NCBI RefSeq assembly: GCF_964355755.1
Contig: NC_092670.1
Coordinates: forward strand, 2,718,201-2,782,200
DNA: 64,000 nt
Direction of reading: 5' to 3'
Source: Antedon mediterranea
Lineage: Eukaryota > Animalia > Echinodermata
In this document: in pieces, positions 52,231 through 64,000 of the stretch
How positions within the stretch are numbered: position 1 is the stretch's first letter
Layout of the letters: each line of letters opens with the position of its first letter
Notes under the pieces: model-generated
Databases searched by the model: none
What the model was told of the DNA's origin: nothing
Seen by the model: the letters and a program-made list of their open reading frames with translations, nothing else
Program-made: the position numbers and the translations under genes

Positions 52231-53107
52231 ATAATCATAGACTATAGGCCATTCATAGCTCCTTGTTTGTTGGTGCCTGACCCTTCGTCGCCTTGTAAAT
52301 TGTACAGCCTTCTAAGGTGTTTTACAGATTGCCGATGACAGCTAATTAATTGCTGTACCTGTATAATATATGCACAATATACTGTACATAGCATGTATTG
52401 CATAAATATGCTATAAACATAGCCCGTCAGTATAACTAATTATCTAACTCAACTTAATTAGTAAACAGGGTTACATTAGGTGGTTAAAATCAGAACCGAA
52501 AAAACGAACAGACTTTTATACCATCAAGTAAAAATTTACCAAATTTTGCCCTTACGTAAATTATATATAGATACTTCAAATGGCATTTGATGGATATGTT
52601 GTAATTCGTTTGAATGGATTGTTAATCTGTTCAAATGAATTACTAATTCGGATTACGGAATACTGAAAAAAACATTTACTTAAAATAAGCTTTCGTACCA
52701 AACCATTTCTTTATTTTAAAAACAAATTATGACAACTTTGTAAAGATATAATGTGTATTGTAATGGAAACATTATATCTCTGCTTTTATTTTTAATTTAT
52801 TCAGTAGTTATTTTTAAGCATAAATGAACACCAAAAACAGTATTGTTGTATTTGTGCGAGCATGCGCGATACTATTAGTACAGGCTTCATTCTAGGCATT
52901 GGAGTTGTAAACAACCCAACAAAAGTGACAGTTAAGAGAATAATAGTTGTCGAATTCTTACAAATGGAGGATACCGCCTCTACCGCAGTAAGCAAGGTAA
53001 AACTACCGCAGATGGTGATGGTCAGACAAGACAACAGGCAAAGAGTAGTCTTTACCATGTAGGCCCACCCAAAGGCCTAGATCTGTGTTTGGTTAATAAT
53101 ATTTAAA

Positions 53108-53870
53108 TAAATAAAGGTTAACTTTTAGTTAAACCAGTTGACAAGTACTTACTTGCTACGTTTCAGAGCCTTGTTCACGCAAATGATGTTGACATGATGT
53201 TCTGTCATTCGTCATAGTTCGGTGAATTACGCCACCTCTCGTCTGATGTTCAGCTTTCTGCTGGTGTCCCCCTTTGGATGCTCGGGTGTCCCTTTTTATT
53301 AAGTCATCGTAGATGTGGCTCAGTTCATGTCCTCCCTGGTCTCTGTTGATGTTCATATTCGTCTTTCTTATCCAAATGGCTTCTTTTATTTTTCTTGATA
53401 AGTAGTGTTGTTCTTTGTCTAATATTTTTGTATTTTGAAAATATGTGATTTTCTATGGTGCCGTGATCTGTGATAGCTGATTTGTGTAGAATTTTAGATT
53501 GTGAATGGCGAGCGCTCCTGGTTCTTGTCCCTACCATATTTTTTTCCACGTCTGTTTTGTGTTCTATTCTCTGCCCGTTTCCCCTATGTATACCTTCTTG
53601 CAGTTGTGGCAACCTACTTGGTAGAGACTTTCTCGTGATTTGTTTTTGGGAGTGATATATGTATTTATATTGTGCTGTTTCAATGTTCTTCTTAGCCTTT
53701 GAGTTCCTTCGACATATGGTAAACCAATGTTGACTTTTCTTTATCTGAATTGTTATTTCTTTGTCTTTGTTTGCTTTTCTATGTTCCCTTTTGTCTTTAA
53801 CTCTTTTAAAACTCCAGTCTGGATATCCGCATGTTGATAAAGCTGAAAGTAGCTGAAACGTAGCAAGTAG
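53108..53870 (-). mobile_element. Penelope-like 3' fragment (thumb / GIY-YIG relic)
   Basis: ALSTCGYPDWSF, KSAITDH and NINRDQGGHELSHIYDDLI motifs, frameshifted. Confidence 0.85.
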
Positions 53871-54051
53871 CATGCTACCAATAAGCAAAACGATCTACTT
53901 TTTCCCTCCAATAAATACACATAACTAATGAAAGAACGATAACACTTTTTTGCCGATTTCAATCACTCAGTATTTTGTTTTGATTGCGTTGCGTTCAAGT
54001 TCAATGCGAACGTATGTCTAGGGGAAGCCCCGAAAATTCAATGCTTATTAT

Positions 54052-56216
54052 CAGTGGGACAGCCAGTCGACAAATCGTGTCAAATTTCGACTCGGAGAGG
54101 GCGCCCTACTTTTCTAATTTAGTTGAAAATTGCTAAATTTTAGGGTGTTGGGAAAACACAATATTTGTAAATTTAGCTGATTATCGGAAAAATATTGTTA
54201 GTGAAATAAATTCATAAATGGTTTTAATATATTGTCATGTAAAATTAAATGTATTTGAACAAAACGATAATCTGTAATTTAACGGCAAAATCAACCAATG
54301 TCTTTTTTCCGAAATTGTACCCTAGAAAATCATTAAAATAAAATGTTTAGAAAAATTGAACAGTCCTGAATTTAAAATCCCTGTTAGAAAAATTAATAAT
54401 CTACAGAATACGATATTAAGATACAAAATTCGGTGGTTGGGATGCAGCTCCGACTATTCAAACTAAAGGTACCACTATTTGTTCCATCGAAAACTAGCGA
54501 AACCGCCATTTTGTAAACTCATCGTCATCGTGTTTATGAATTTATTTATAGCGAACGATATACGCGATGTTTATAATTGTCCGCGTATAAGAATTCATAT
54601 AAATAAATACATTCCAATACAACGTATATTATTACTTGTTTATTTATCACAGTATACATTTTAGTTGAGGAATATTTATCATAACTATTATAATAGCTTT
54701 TATACGAGTCCGAGGCCTAGCCCTATTAGCGAGCGATTGTTCCAGGGGCGGAAAGTCACTTAGTGACGTTGTGATCGGGCGCGTCGGGCCTAGCTAATAC
54801 TGTATTAATAATATGACCTGAAATAAGCGGCTAACAAGAACTGTTATATACTTGCTTACAATTGTTTTGCTATTGATGAACAAACAAGCAATTAGATTGA
54901 ATAACAAATTATTTATTCATTTTTTTTTTGGGTAAAAACATGTACAAACTAGTACTGTATAATATAAATTAATACATTGTAGTATAAATATTAAACTAAT
55001 ACAGTATTAATAATAATAAAATATAAAATAGGCCTAACATACAATAAATATTCAATTTTTAAGGTCTACCACATGACAATAACATAATTTACAGAGTATA
55101 GTGTAGTAGGTTTGCATTCAACATAAATATTTGTATTGTAATATTCATCTAAATCCTCTGCAACATACATTTTTGTAATTCAACATTTTGTTTTAAATAA
55201 TTAAATTATAGTTTGGGTATGACAATGTCGGTAGGTACCGGTGTCATCTTTTTATCCACTTCACTCTCAGTTTGAAGTCACAAAGAAAAAGAACTCTGCA
55301 TCATCAACGATTCCTGAAAGTGTCAGAAAAAATAATAAATATTATTTAAAAAAATGTTAATGTCTGGTTGTATATATAATTATAACATTATATGATGACA
55401 TAAAAGTAAGGCAAATGGAAGCTGTATTTTATTAATTAAATTACAGTATTTACTATTATTATTTATAATCTAGGCCTAGGCCTACTAGTAGCCTAGCTAG
55501 GCATCTATTGAGCCTAATAAATCAAATAATATATTAATACTGATTGAAAAAAAGTATTTTTTTGGGGGGATCAGATCACCAGGCTAGGCCGGCCAGGACC
55601 AATGATACTCGTAATCAGTACAACTTAACGACTATCGGATCAGCATCAACACAGTACAACACACGTCTCGCTATCGCCTATACTGACACACGTGTCTCGC
55701 GTTGCCGAAACCACGCTCACAGCTAGAAAATGTACCTACCTTTCGAGGCCTGAGAATACACCAACAAATTTTGAACAGGATAGAAATATATCATACTCGA
55801 TTAAACTAATATTATTCTTGATAAAACAATTGATTATAATTGTTTTAATTTGTTGGGATGCACCTCCGACTATTCAGAAAATGGACAACAAAACAGTAGT
55901 CAAATCGTACCACATTTATAAATTTCACGAGTCCCGACTTCAGTCGCCGAATGTATTGTATTAGCTTCGGTTTCTTTGAAAGAAACCGATTGGTTATTCA
56001 ATTATACTTATTAGGAAATGCTTTTACCATAATAGGTAATGTTGGGCGGTTCTTAAATATTCATGAGAGCTTAAAATAAAACAGCACTTATTTGGTAGGC
56101 GACGAAAAATCGTGGTTTCAGTTTTCAACGATAGGTGGCGCTTCAAAATCGTCAATGCGGAAGTAAGTCGATTTTACACGATTTAACGGTCAAAACGCGA
56201 AGTGGCTTTCCCACTG
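54052..56216. mobile_element. Unclassified TIR element
   Basis: CAGTGGGACAGCCA...TGGCTTTCCCACTG with TTAT on both flanks; internal direct repeat GTTGGGATGCAnCTCCGACTATTCA at ~54436 and ~55852. Confidence 0.5.
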
Positions 56217-56388
56217 TTATAGCTCAATATTTATTTACATCAATTGTTGAGGAAATTAAATATATATAAATAGGTATTGATACAGTTGAGTACGTATCGG
56301 TGGGTGGTCTAGAAAAAAAATTGGTTGCTATAATGTATACTACAGTACACAGTTACATAGTTACTGTAGTGTACTATATTATTATTAA

Positions 56389-57838
56389 CGCCGTGGTTAG
56401 GATTCCGGCACCGGAACTCAACTGCACACCGTTAGGGAATCCGACACGCTATTGCGCATGCCCAGAGCTCTGGGAAGTGAATTATAGCTTGCACCAAAGT
56501 GCCACACCACGGAGAGTCGGAGTGTTATAGGGATTTACTGTAGCCTAGATAGTCGTTGCGCGAGCGAGAGAGCGATGGATGAAACTTGGCCAATGCCATA
56601 CATGAATTAATAATTAAAATATGACTACGCCACGCGTTAAAATAATTATAATGATATTAATAAGTATCAGTATCTATCTAAGAATCGTAATGCAGTTTTT
56701 AGCGCTGTCTTCCCGAACAGTTTTTTCACATCCACGCGGTGGCTGCCGTCAACAAAATCAACTTGTGATTGCATGTTGTATGTACAGTATATAATGCGTT
56801 ATACACTTTTGCAGCATTTACTATTTATAGAATAAAAATGTTATCTGCACTGAATAAGCCAGTGGGTAAATTCATTTAAAAGCAATATGTTATATAACAT
56901 TGAATGTGAAACATATAACAATAAAGAAACAAGTATAGAAAAATGGGTAGCTTTAAGAAATAAGATTATGATAATATAAATTCTAATTTGATACGATTAA
57001 CCGAAAAGGAATTACAGTGATACGGGTTACTGGTGGTACTGAGCTATTATTGTTTTTTTTTTTTATCATGTATATAAATATATTGTATAATCCGGGTTGT
57101 AAAATGAAAACAAACAAATGAAAATGTGTGAACTATTTTAAAACGAGATAGATGATAATGATGATCCTGTCAAGTGTATAACAAAATATAAGAAAATTAA
57201 TGAAAAAAGGAGTAATACAGAATTCATATATGTAAAAATGTTACTTATGAACTGTAACGACATTTACAAGTTAAATAATACGATTTTATGTAATATGAGA
57301 TAATATGAATGTGAATAAAAGTGGTGTTTGCGCCACAAAAGAGAAAAAAAAAAGTATCAGTATCTATCTAAGAATCGTAATGCAGTTTTTAGCGCTGTCT
57401 TCCCGAACAGTTTTTTCACATCCACGCGGTGGCTGCCGTCAACAAAATCAACTTGTGATTGCATGTTGTATGTACAGTATATAATGCGTTATGAAAAATC
57501 ATAAAACTAGTCATGTAGGCTATAATTATATAATTCATATGATATGAATTTTATATATGAATGAAGCAACCACTTTTTAATTACAAAATAAATACTATAG
57601 GCCCACTGGTCACGTAGTCTAACTGGTAGCCCTAGCCTAGATTATATTAGTGGATCCCATATTAGAAGAAGGCATCTAGGCTAGTTCGCCGTGTGGCGCA
57701 GCTTCCAGCTATGAAATAATCCATCGCTGTTGATAAGTATAGAGTCGCCGATTACCTCGCTCTGGGCATGCGCAATAGCGTGTCGGAATCCCTAACGCTG
57801 GGCAGTTGAGTTCCGGTGCCGGAATCCTAACCACGGCG
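56389..57838. mobile_element. MULE-like non-autonomous element
   Basis: TIRs of ~80 bp (CGCCGTGGTTAGGATTCCGGCACCGG...), 9-bp TSD TATTATTAA, internal ~140-bp direct repeat (56661-56800 / 57352-57492). Confidence 0.8.
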
Positions 57839-58962
57839 TATTATTAACATATCCTCTCTATGATGGATGATGGATACTACACAGTATTCACTTTTAAATT
57901 TTCCCAGGTATTTATTATTGCTGTTTATTTTGTCGCTAGTTTAAAAAAATGTTTCCAGCAATGCATCCATAAACAATATAATAATTATCAGTATCAGAAA
58001 CCAGTTTATTAGTTTATAATAAAGTTTTTTTTTTCCTACCTTTATTGTCGCATAACATTTTTTTAACACAGTTAAATGACGTAATAAATGAATTAAAATT
58101 GTTAATTAATGAATGGTTTCTTAATATTGGTAAATGATTTTTGTTATTGGTTTGCTTCTTCTTGTTTGTTGTTTAGTTTAATTTACTGTTTAGGAGTTCT
58201 GAATTATTGTAAACTGTTTTTGTTTTTAAACCAAATAATAATATCGGTCTCCCTCTCACTCTTTGTTATAAAATAGTTAATTGTATGATAGTTAATGAAG
58301 TCTTTTTTTCTGTACAGTATTGAATTGTATAGACGGAATTATAGAGGGTGACAAACACAATTTGTAATACATCGGAAGGTAGTGTCGAACAGAAAATAAA
58401 GATGTTCACTGCCGGCCGTATCCTGTTCACTTTTATTGTAGTAAAAGTACTAAAATCTCCTAAAACCGTATAAAGTATCAAAGTGTTGTTATAATTTCTT
58501 GCCATTTAAATTCTGCCTCAATAACACAAAAGGTTTCATACCCGTCGACTGCATAGAGAGTATGCAGTGTTTAAATGCCATGATGAGAGGGAACATGGAC
58601 AAAATTAGTCTCCTTGTTCTAATTATTTTGTAAATGTTGTTTTGTGTTTTAGTCTGTAATGTAAGAATTTATATTGTAACTTAAAGTTCACATGGTAGTT
58701 AGTAGTAGTAGTTTTTGTAGATTATTATTGACTCTTTTTATGTAAGTCAGTGAGCAAGCGTTGTAAATGCAGATTAAAAAAATTAGGCTTCTGCTATCTC
58801 TGAGAGTAACATAATGTAGGCTTACTTATGTAAAATAGTAACCAATGCTTTTACATTTTTAAGCTTCCTATTACTGTATCATTGTTCATGTGGTCAAGTT
58901 AAACATATCAAAAAGGACTTTATTTCAATATATTGAAAGTTTTAATAACAGAAGCCACTAAC

Positions 58963-59025
58963 CTGTTTCTGATTTACCCTCTTTTCGCATTCCTTGTTCT
59001 TCATTACTACTGGTTGCCACTTGTC
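58963..59025 (-). CDS. Roco gene linker exon
   Basis: Phase 1-1 exon GQVATSSNEEQGMRKE(GKSET); two in-frame donors, ending at 58978 or 58963. Confidence 0.72.
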
Positions 59026-59170
59026 CTGTTTAATAAATGACAGGACAAAATCTAAATTTACAATGATATTCTATACCTCTTTAAAAATATTATTGGGAGC
59101 ATTAATTCAACATGAATATGTTTCATTATGTATAAGAAACTAACATAACAAAATGCACTAATTAACTTAC

Positions 59171-59677
59171 CTTCAGTCGAAGGTTTCACTCTTGATTCCA
59201 GTCCAATCTTTCTTAGATCGTTAATAAACTCTTCTTTTCTTTCTTTACAAAGTATGTTTCTGTTCTCCAAATCCCAAATCATACTCCAAGCACCTTCGTA
59301 ATTCTTTGCGGCACTACCATTGTACAGAGCATCAATTTTGTCAATATCTTCTTTTCCCAGTGCAATTCCTAAATTGACAATCCAGTGTCGATATGGGGCG
59401 AAATTTGTAATCTTTATTTCTTGTACATCGGGAAAAGATCGTTGGAGAACTTTGATGACACCAAATGTTTGAGTTATTTTGATTGTTTGGTAAAGTAACG
59501 ATAGCTCGCTCGAACTCAAATATCCCGATTTAATTAATTGGTGTAGTAAGTCTATCGTTTTACGTGCTTTGTCTATGTCCGTTACTGCAATTAAATCTCG
59601 GTATAAAACTTGCAGCTGTCGAAGGAGGTTGTGGTCATCATACCAAGTTGAAATATTCACTAAATTCACATTAAAAT
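59171..59677 (-). CDS. Roco gene exon: N-terminal tandem DED-like module
   Basis: 507-bp phase 1-1 exon DFNVNLVNISTWYDDHNLLRQLQVLYRDLI...YRHWIVNLGIALGKEDI...WSMIWDLENRNIL; GTAAGT donor. Confidence 0.88.
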
Positions 59678-59768
59678 CTACGACATGGTGAAAACAGAAG
59701 ATTAGTAAACTAGATATTTTAAACTTGCCGTTACTCAATTGAACACAAAAAAAGACATTTTTCGTTAC

Positions 59769-59802
59769 CTGTTGCCATGTTGTCGATTTTCTGTTTTCAT
59801 TT
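59769..59802 (-). CDS. Roco gene start-codon exon (MAT)
   Basis: AG acceptor, AACATGG Kozak-like ATG at 59778, GTAACG donor in phase 1 matching the next exon. The acceptor implies a further non-coding exon upstream. Confidence 0.75.
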
Positions 59803-60539
59803 CTGAAAAATAGAAATGTTGTAATTAGGATAAATGATGTCGCGTTGTGTAGGCCCTAGGGACAATCCAGCTAGTTTTGCAAAGTAGGATTTCTCATTTT
59901 AAATAAATTAGACTCTATTACAATCAGGCATTTAATATAAAAAAAGGTATTGCTAATCGGAATTTCATCAGCCCCAGTTTGGCTGACGATTCAGCTTTAA
60001 AAACGTGATAAATACCACAAAAAATGTATCAATAAATTGCAATAGTCCCCATCAGGGGTCTTGTTTATTATTTAATTATTAATAGTCACTGGTTGGAGGT
60101 ACACACCTAATTGGTGACAGTGGCTTGCTGCTTTTGCGCTTTCCTGGCAGCTAGTGACTATGATTTTTTCTGCTTTGTGTTTGTTTAATTTGTTGATTTG
60201 TATTATATTTTGTAAAATGTATCTTTTGCCTGAATAAATAATAATAATAATAATGATGATGTCGATGCGCCTATTTTCTCTTAGCACCCACCTTTGAAGA
60301 GTGGAAAAGAAAGAACTAAAAATCAAACAAAACAGTATTATCGCTTGAAAAGCTGCCTATGATCTTTACTGTTATATAAGTCAATGGTTCAGGATATTTA
60401 ATATTCCATGCAAATTATATTGTACATTTCTCTATATGTTTATTCATTGGGTATCAAAGATTTGGAAAATTGATGTTGTCGACTTTGTAGCGCTTTTTAT
60501 GATTTTATAAACAAAATAATAAATGCTTTGGTTGTTTAA

Positions 60540-63500
60540 TGTTTGTTTTTGTTTCATTTCAGAGAGACTATGGCTAACGATGCAAATAAAATAAAAAACT
60601 ATGAAAATGTGATTTGTTTTAGAAATATAAGAGCATAAAAAATTGCAGAGAATAATAATATTTTTGTCATGTAAACAAATTACACCTTCTGTTGGTGAAT
60701 GCATGATTACGTTAAATTTTCAAAATAATAATTGCATATAATTATGTTTTTAGTATTTTATTTTATATATACTGTATTAACATTGAAACAATAAAAATAT
60801 GTTATTAAATGGAGTTCCACTTTTAAAAAATTGACATCTATCAACATGTATGATTAAAATATAAAACAAACTCATAAGGTCATCTTTGCACACAAGTGTG
60901 CCATAGTTTGTAATTTAATTAAGTATTTAAATATATTTGTCTTCGCAGTAAAGAAGAAATGATTTCAGATGTTCTACTGTGGCAGCCAAAACACGGATTT
61001 GTAAAACAAGAAAGGCCAGCTCTCACATACATTGATGTACTGGAGACGGATACAGTATGCAGAGTGAAGAAATGGCTGTCACAATGGCAGATAGGAAGTT
61101 ATGGAGGAATCTAGTCATAAGTTCGGGTATGTTCTGGAATAAGTAAGTAAGTAAGTAAGTAAGTATATTGTTGTAGAATGCTATTCTTATGATAGGCCTA
61201 CACCAATCATTGTTTTGAATAAAAAGAAAATAGACTTCCTTGTGTACATTTTAATCAAGTAGTAGAAGATGTCATGACAGTTTGACCCGCAGTTTGACCC
61301 GCAGTTTGATTTATGTTCTGATGTGGTACTTTAGTGAATGATTTCAATGGCATTTTGCAAATTGTATTACAGTTTGGTTCTCGAAATTTACCAAAAATAA
61401 CACAAATAACAAGTTAAATCTTCAATATTTTATGTTGTTGATTAATTAAAAATGTCTCTTTGAAGTTTAAATAAAATGTTATATAGTAATCATCAACATG
61501 AATATTGTAATTACTGTAATACTTGTTTTTATACTAGGTAAACGATCAAGAAGTGAAGCTGGACCATAAAGTGCATTCCACCATAAAATAACTAATAAAT
61601 TCTTTAAATATAACATTTTAGCTTGTTAGTAACTATCCTTATTTTCTTTGTGGTAGAAAATTAGTACCTGTTTCTTCCTAATGTAAAGCTTGCACTATAA
61701 CACAGGTCAGTCATAAACAGTACAGGTGGTACAAGTTTGTCTTTTGGATCAGGTGATAAATGTATCAATGATAAATTCAAATATTTACAACAAATGCTAT
61801 AGAATACACCTTCAAGTATTTACATAAAGTTATTTTCAACAGCGCCACCAATGATTTGTAATATATGTAAGTTTGTGTTGTATCTTCTAGTTGTGTTCCC
61901 TTTCAATGTTTGTTTATTTGTATTTTACATCCTTCTATGCATTGATAAATAAATGTAGAGATAAGACATAAAGACAAGTAAAAACATCACTGTTAAATAC
62001 ACATTATTTTAACCCAAACATTGTCAATATTGTCATAGTTATCAGATGTGATTATGATTATGCTTTAATTCATAGTTGTTAAATATTTGTTGTTTGTTTC
62101 ATTTTCAGAGATACTAGGGATAACAATGCAAAGAAAATAAATAACTATGAAAATCTGAATTGTTTTAAAAACACTAAACATTGCCGAAAATGATCATTTT
62201 TTTGCCATCTGAACAATTTCACCAAAATTACACCCTCTGTTGGTGAATGCATGAATTACGAATTTTTTCAAAATAGTAATTGCATATAATTACGTTTTTC
62301 TTGATTCTGTCAAAATATTTATTTATTCTTTCCTTAGCACTATTTTGTCCGTCAATTATCTTGATATCAGTTTCATCTAGCTAAGTCAATTTTTAAGAGT
62401 ATATTCCTTATGGCCAGGAATCGATGTGGTTATGTTTTCACGGTGTGCAATAAAAAATTACGCGATCTACGCGCGATTTAACGAAATCACGTTTGTAATC
62501 ATATATTCACAAGCATAAATCACTTTTAAACACAATTTGGTACTCATAAATGTCAGGTCATATTCCATCATATGGCAATATAATTACGTGCGTAGCGCAG
62601 ATAACGCATGCGTACGCGCGCTTAAAATTGTCAAAATTATCAAAATTTATTTTCGATGAAATTAGAGTACGTTTCAGGCAATTTAAGCGTTTAAAAATTG
62701 TCCATGAGTGCGCAGATTTTTGCACGCACACTGCGCGTTATACGTTAATGCGGACTCTTTTTGTCCGATTTCTGTTGTACAACCTTTCTTTAATAATATT
62801 ATCATATTTTATTCACTTTTCAACTCGAAATTGCGTTATACGAGCACGTCAAAAGTGACAGGCTACGCACGTGTAAGTTAACAAAATGGTGAAAATATGC
62901 TAAATTTTAAAATTTATATAGATCGTTAGAATGCTACACCTATTTTTTATTTCATTTTCTTGAAGTGTATGTATCTTATGTATGATTTATTAATAAATTA
63001 AGGGAACAAAAGTTGATTAAGTCATCATTAATTGCATATTAAATTTTAAAAAATAATTTCGACAATCAAACAAATTATGACATTTTCTTAGGCCAAAATA
63101 ACAAACTTAACATTAACTTTCTTCCTTCAAAAGCTCATATATTAAAGTTAAAAGTATATAGTTTGACAGTGCATCATTTGTTTTACATTTTTAAAGATGT
63201 CATCATAGTAAAAAATTATAATTCATTGCGGTATGTAATAATCTATTTGCACCAAAGTGGTTACTGCATAGTAAATACAAGAAGGAATTTTTTTACAACT
63301 TTTAGTCAGTTGTATGGCTCGGTGGTCTGTGCTCGTGTCTATGGCATTCAAGGTACCGAGATCGAGTTTCACATTGGGAAACGAAATAAGATTTTTTTTT
63401 TATTATCCGTATTGTTTGTTTAAATTTATTTCTTAGTGTATAGATTATACACATGATTTATAATGAAATCTATATAAAAAGTAACTTTGTCTTTGTTATT

Positions 63501-64000
63501 ATGTAACAACAAATGTGGTTTATGACATTATACGCAGAGGGATCTTTGATCGGATTGTGATACCGACTATTGTATTCGCGTTAGCAAGGTCCTATCATAT
63601 TATATTATAAATAATTAAAGATTCTGAGAAAATCAATCAATCAATATATCTTTTAAAAATCAATTATCTTTATTTAAATCAATGTATATAACCTATAATT
63701 CGTCATAGTGACGAATTAAATCTAGTTTATTTTATATATATTATATATTGAACATTGGAATAAATTATTAAATTTCCACCTTTAAAATATAAAACAAACT
63801 TGTTGGAATTTACCTACTCCCCTCATCATGGACATCTTTAAACACTGTGTACAACCACTAATAGCTTATTTAATTAAGTATTTAAATATATTTGTTGTAG
63901 ATTTATTCTTATGATAGGTCTACATCAATCATTGTTTTGAATAAAAAGAAAATAGACTTCCTTGTATAAATGTATAAATTTATATCAAATAGTAGAAGAC
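60540..64000. repeat. Diverged local tandem duplication upstream of the gene
   Basis: 60540-60750 matches 62090-62300; 60780-60940 matches 63750-63895; 61185-61270 matches 63905-64000. Confidence 0.75.
62340..62900. mobile_element. HINE-like repeat copy
   Basis: Reverse complement of ~39130-39650. Confidence 0.7.

Larger units (their letters stand above)
10602..59778 (-). pseudogene. DED-DED / Roc / COR / DED-DED Roco-family gene, about 1070 aa when reconstructed; this allele is interrupted by two exonic TE insertions
   Basis: 18 AG/GT-bounded exons join in consistent phase. Roc motifs: GLEGVGKTS, WDFGGQ, GTHLN, FTIEN. COR motifs: LPIKWL, LEYLHDIGVILYY, LMQKFGL, LPDDLFQR. Two homologous ~170-aa helical modules lie at the termini. 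Confidence 0.85.

Noticed and set aside
55239-55314. Candidate extra Roco exon with AG/GT boundaries
   Set aside because: Stops occur in all three frames and it lies inside a putative TIR element.

Overview
AT-rich, repeat-dense animal genomic DNA (invertebrate; echinoderm-like by gene and TE content, which is an inference). It is not prokaryotic. The backbone is one ~49 kb minus-strand multi-exon gene that I reconstructed by hand from splice sites and exon phases (18 exons, about 1070 codons, 59778 to 10602). Its architecture is tandem death-fold (DED-like) module - Roc GTPase - COR - second tandem DED-like module, i.e. a kinase-less, LRR-less Roco protein bracketed by death-effector modules. 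The reconstructed frame has no point stops or frameshifts, but two exons are split by transposons: an L2-clade LINE with an intact ORF2 at the Roc/COR junction, and an Academ (AcademX-type) DNA transposon with a 3-bp TSD in the COR C-terminal exon. The introns hold deeply nested TEs: a Gypsy relic, two more TAG...CTA foldback elements, Penelope-like elements with hammerhead motifs, tRNA-derived repeats, Helitron/HINE-like repeats and MITEs. A 5.6-kb 66-bp satellite lies downstream. Sequence at the window start matches sequence upstream of the gene, which hints at a tandem paralogue array. All domain and family calls rest on motif recognition only; no database searches were run.
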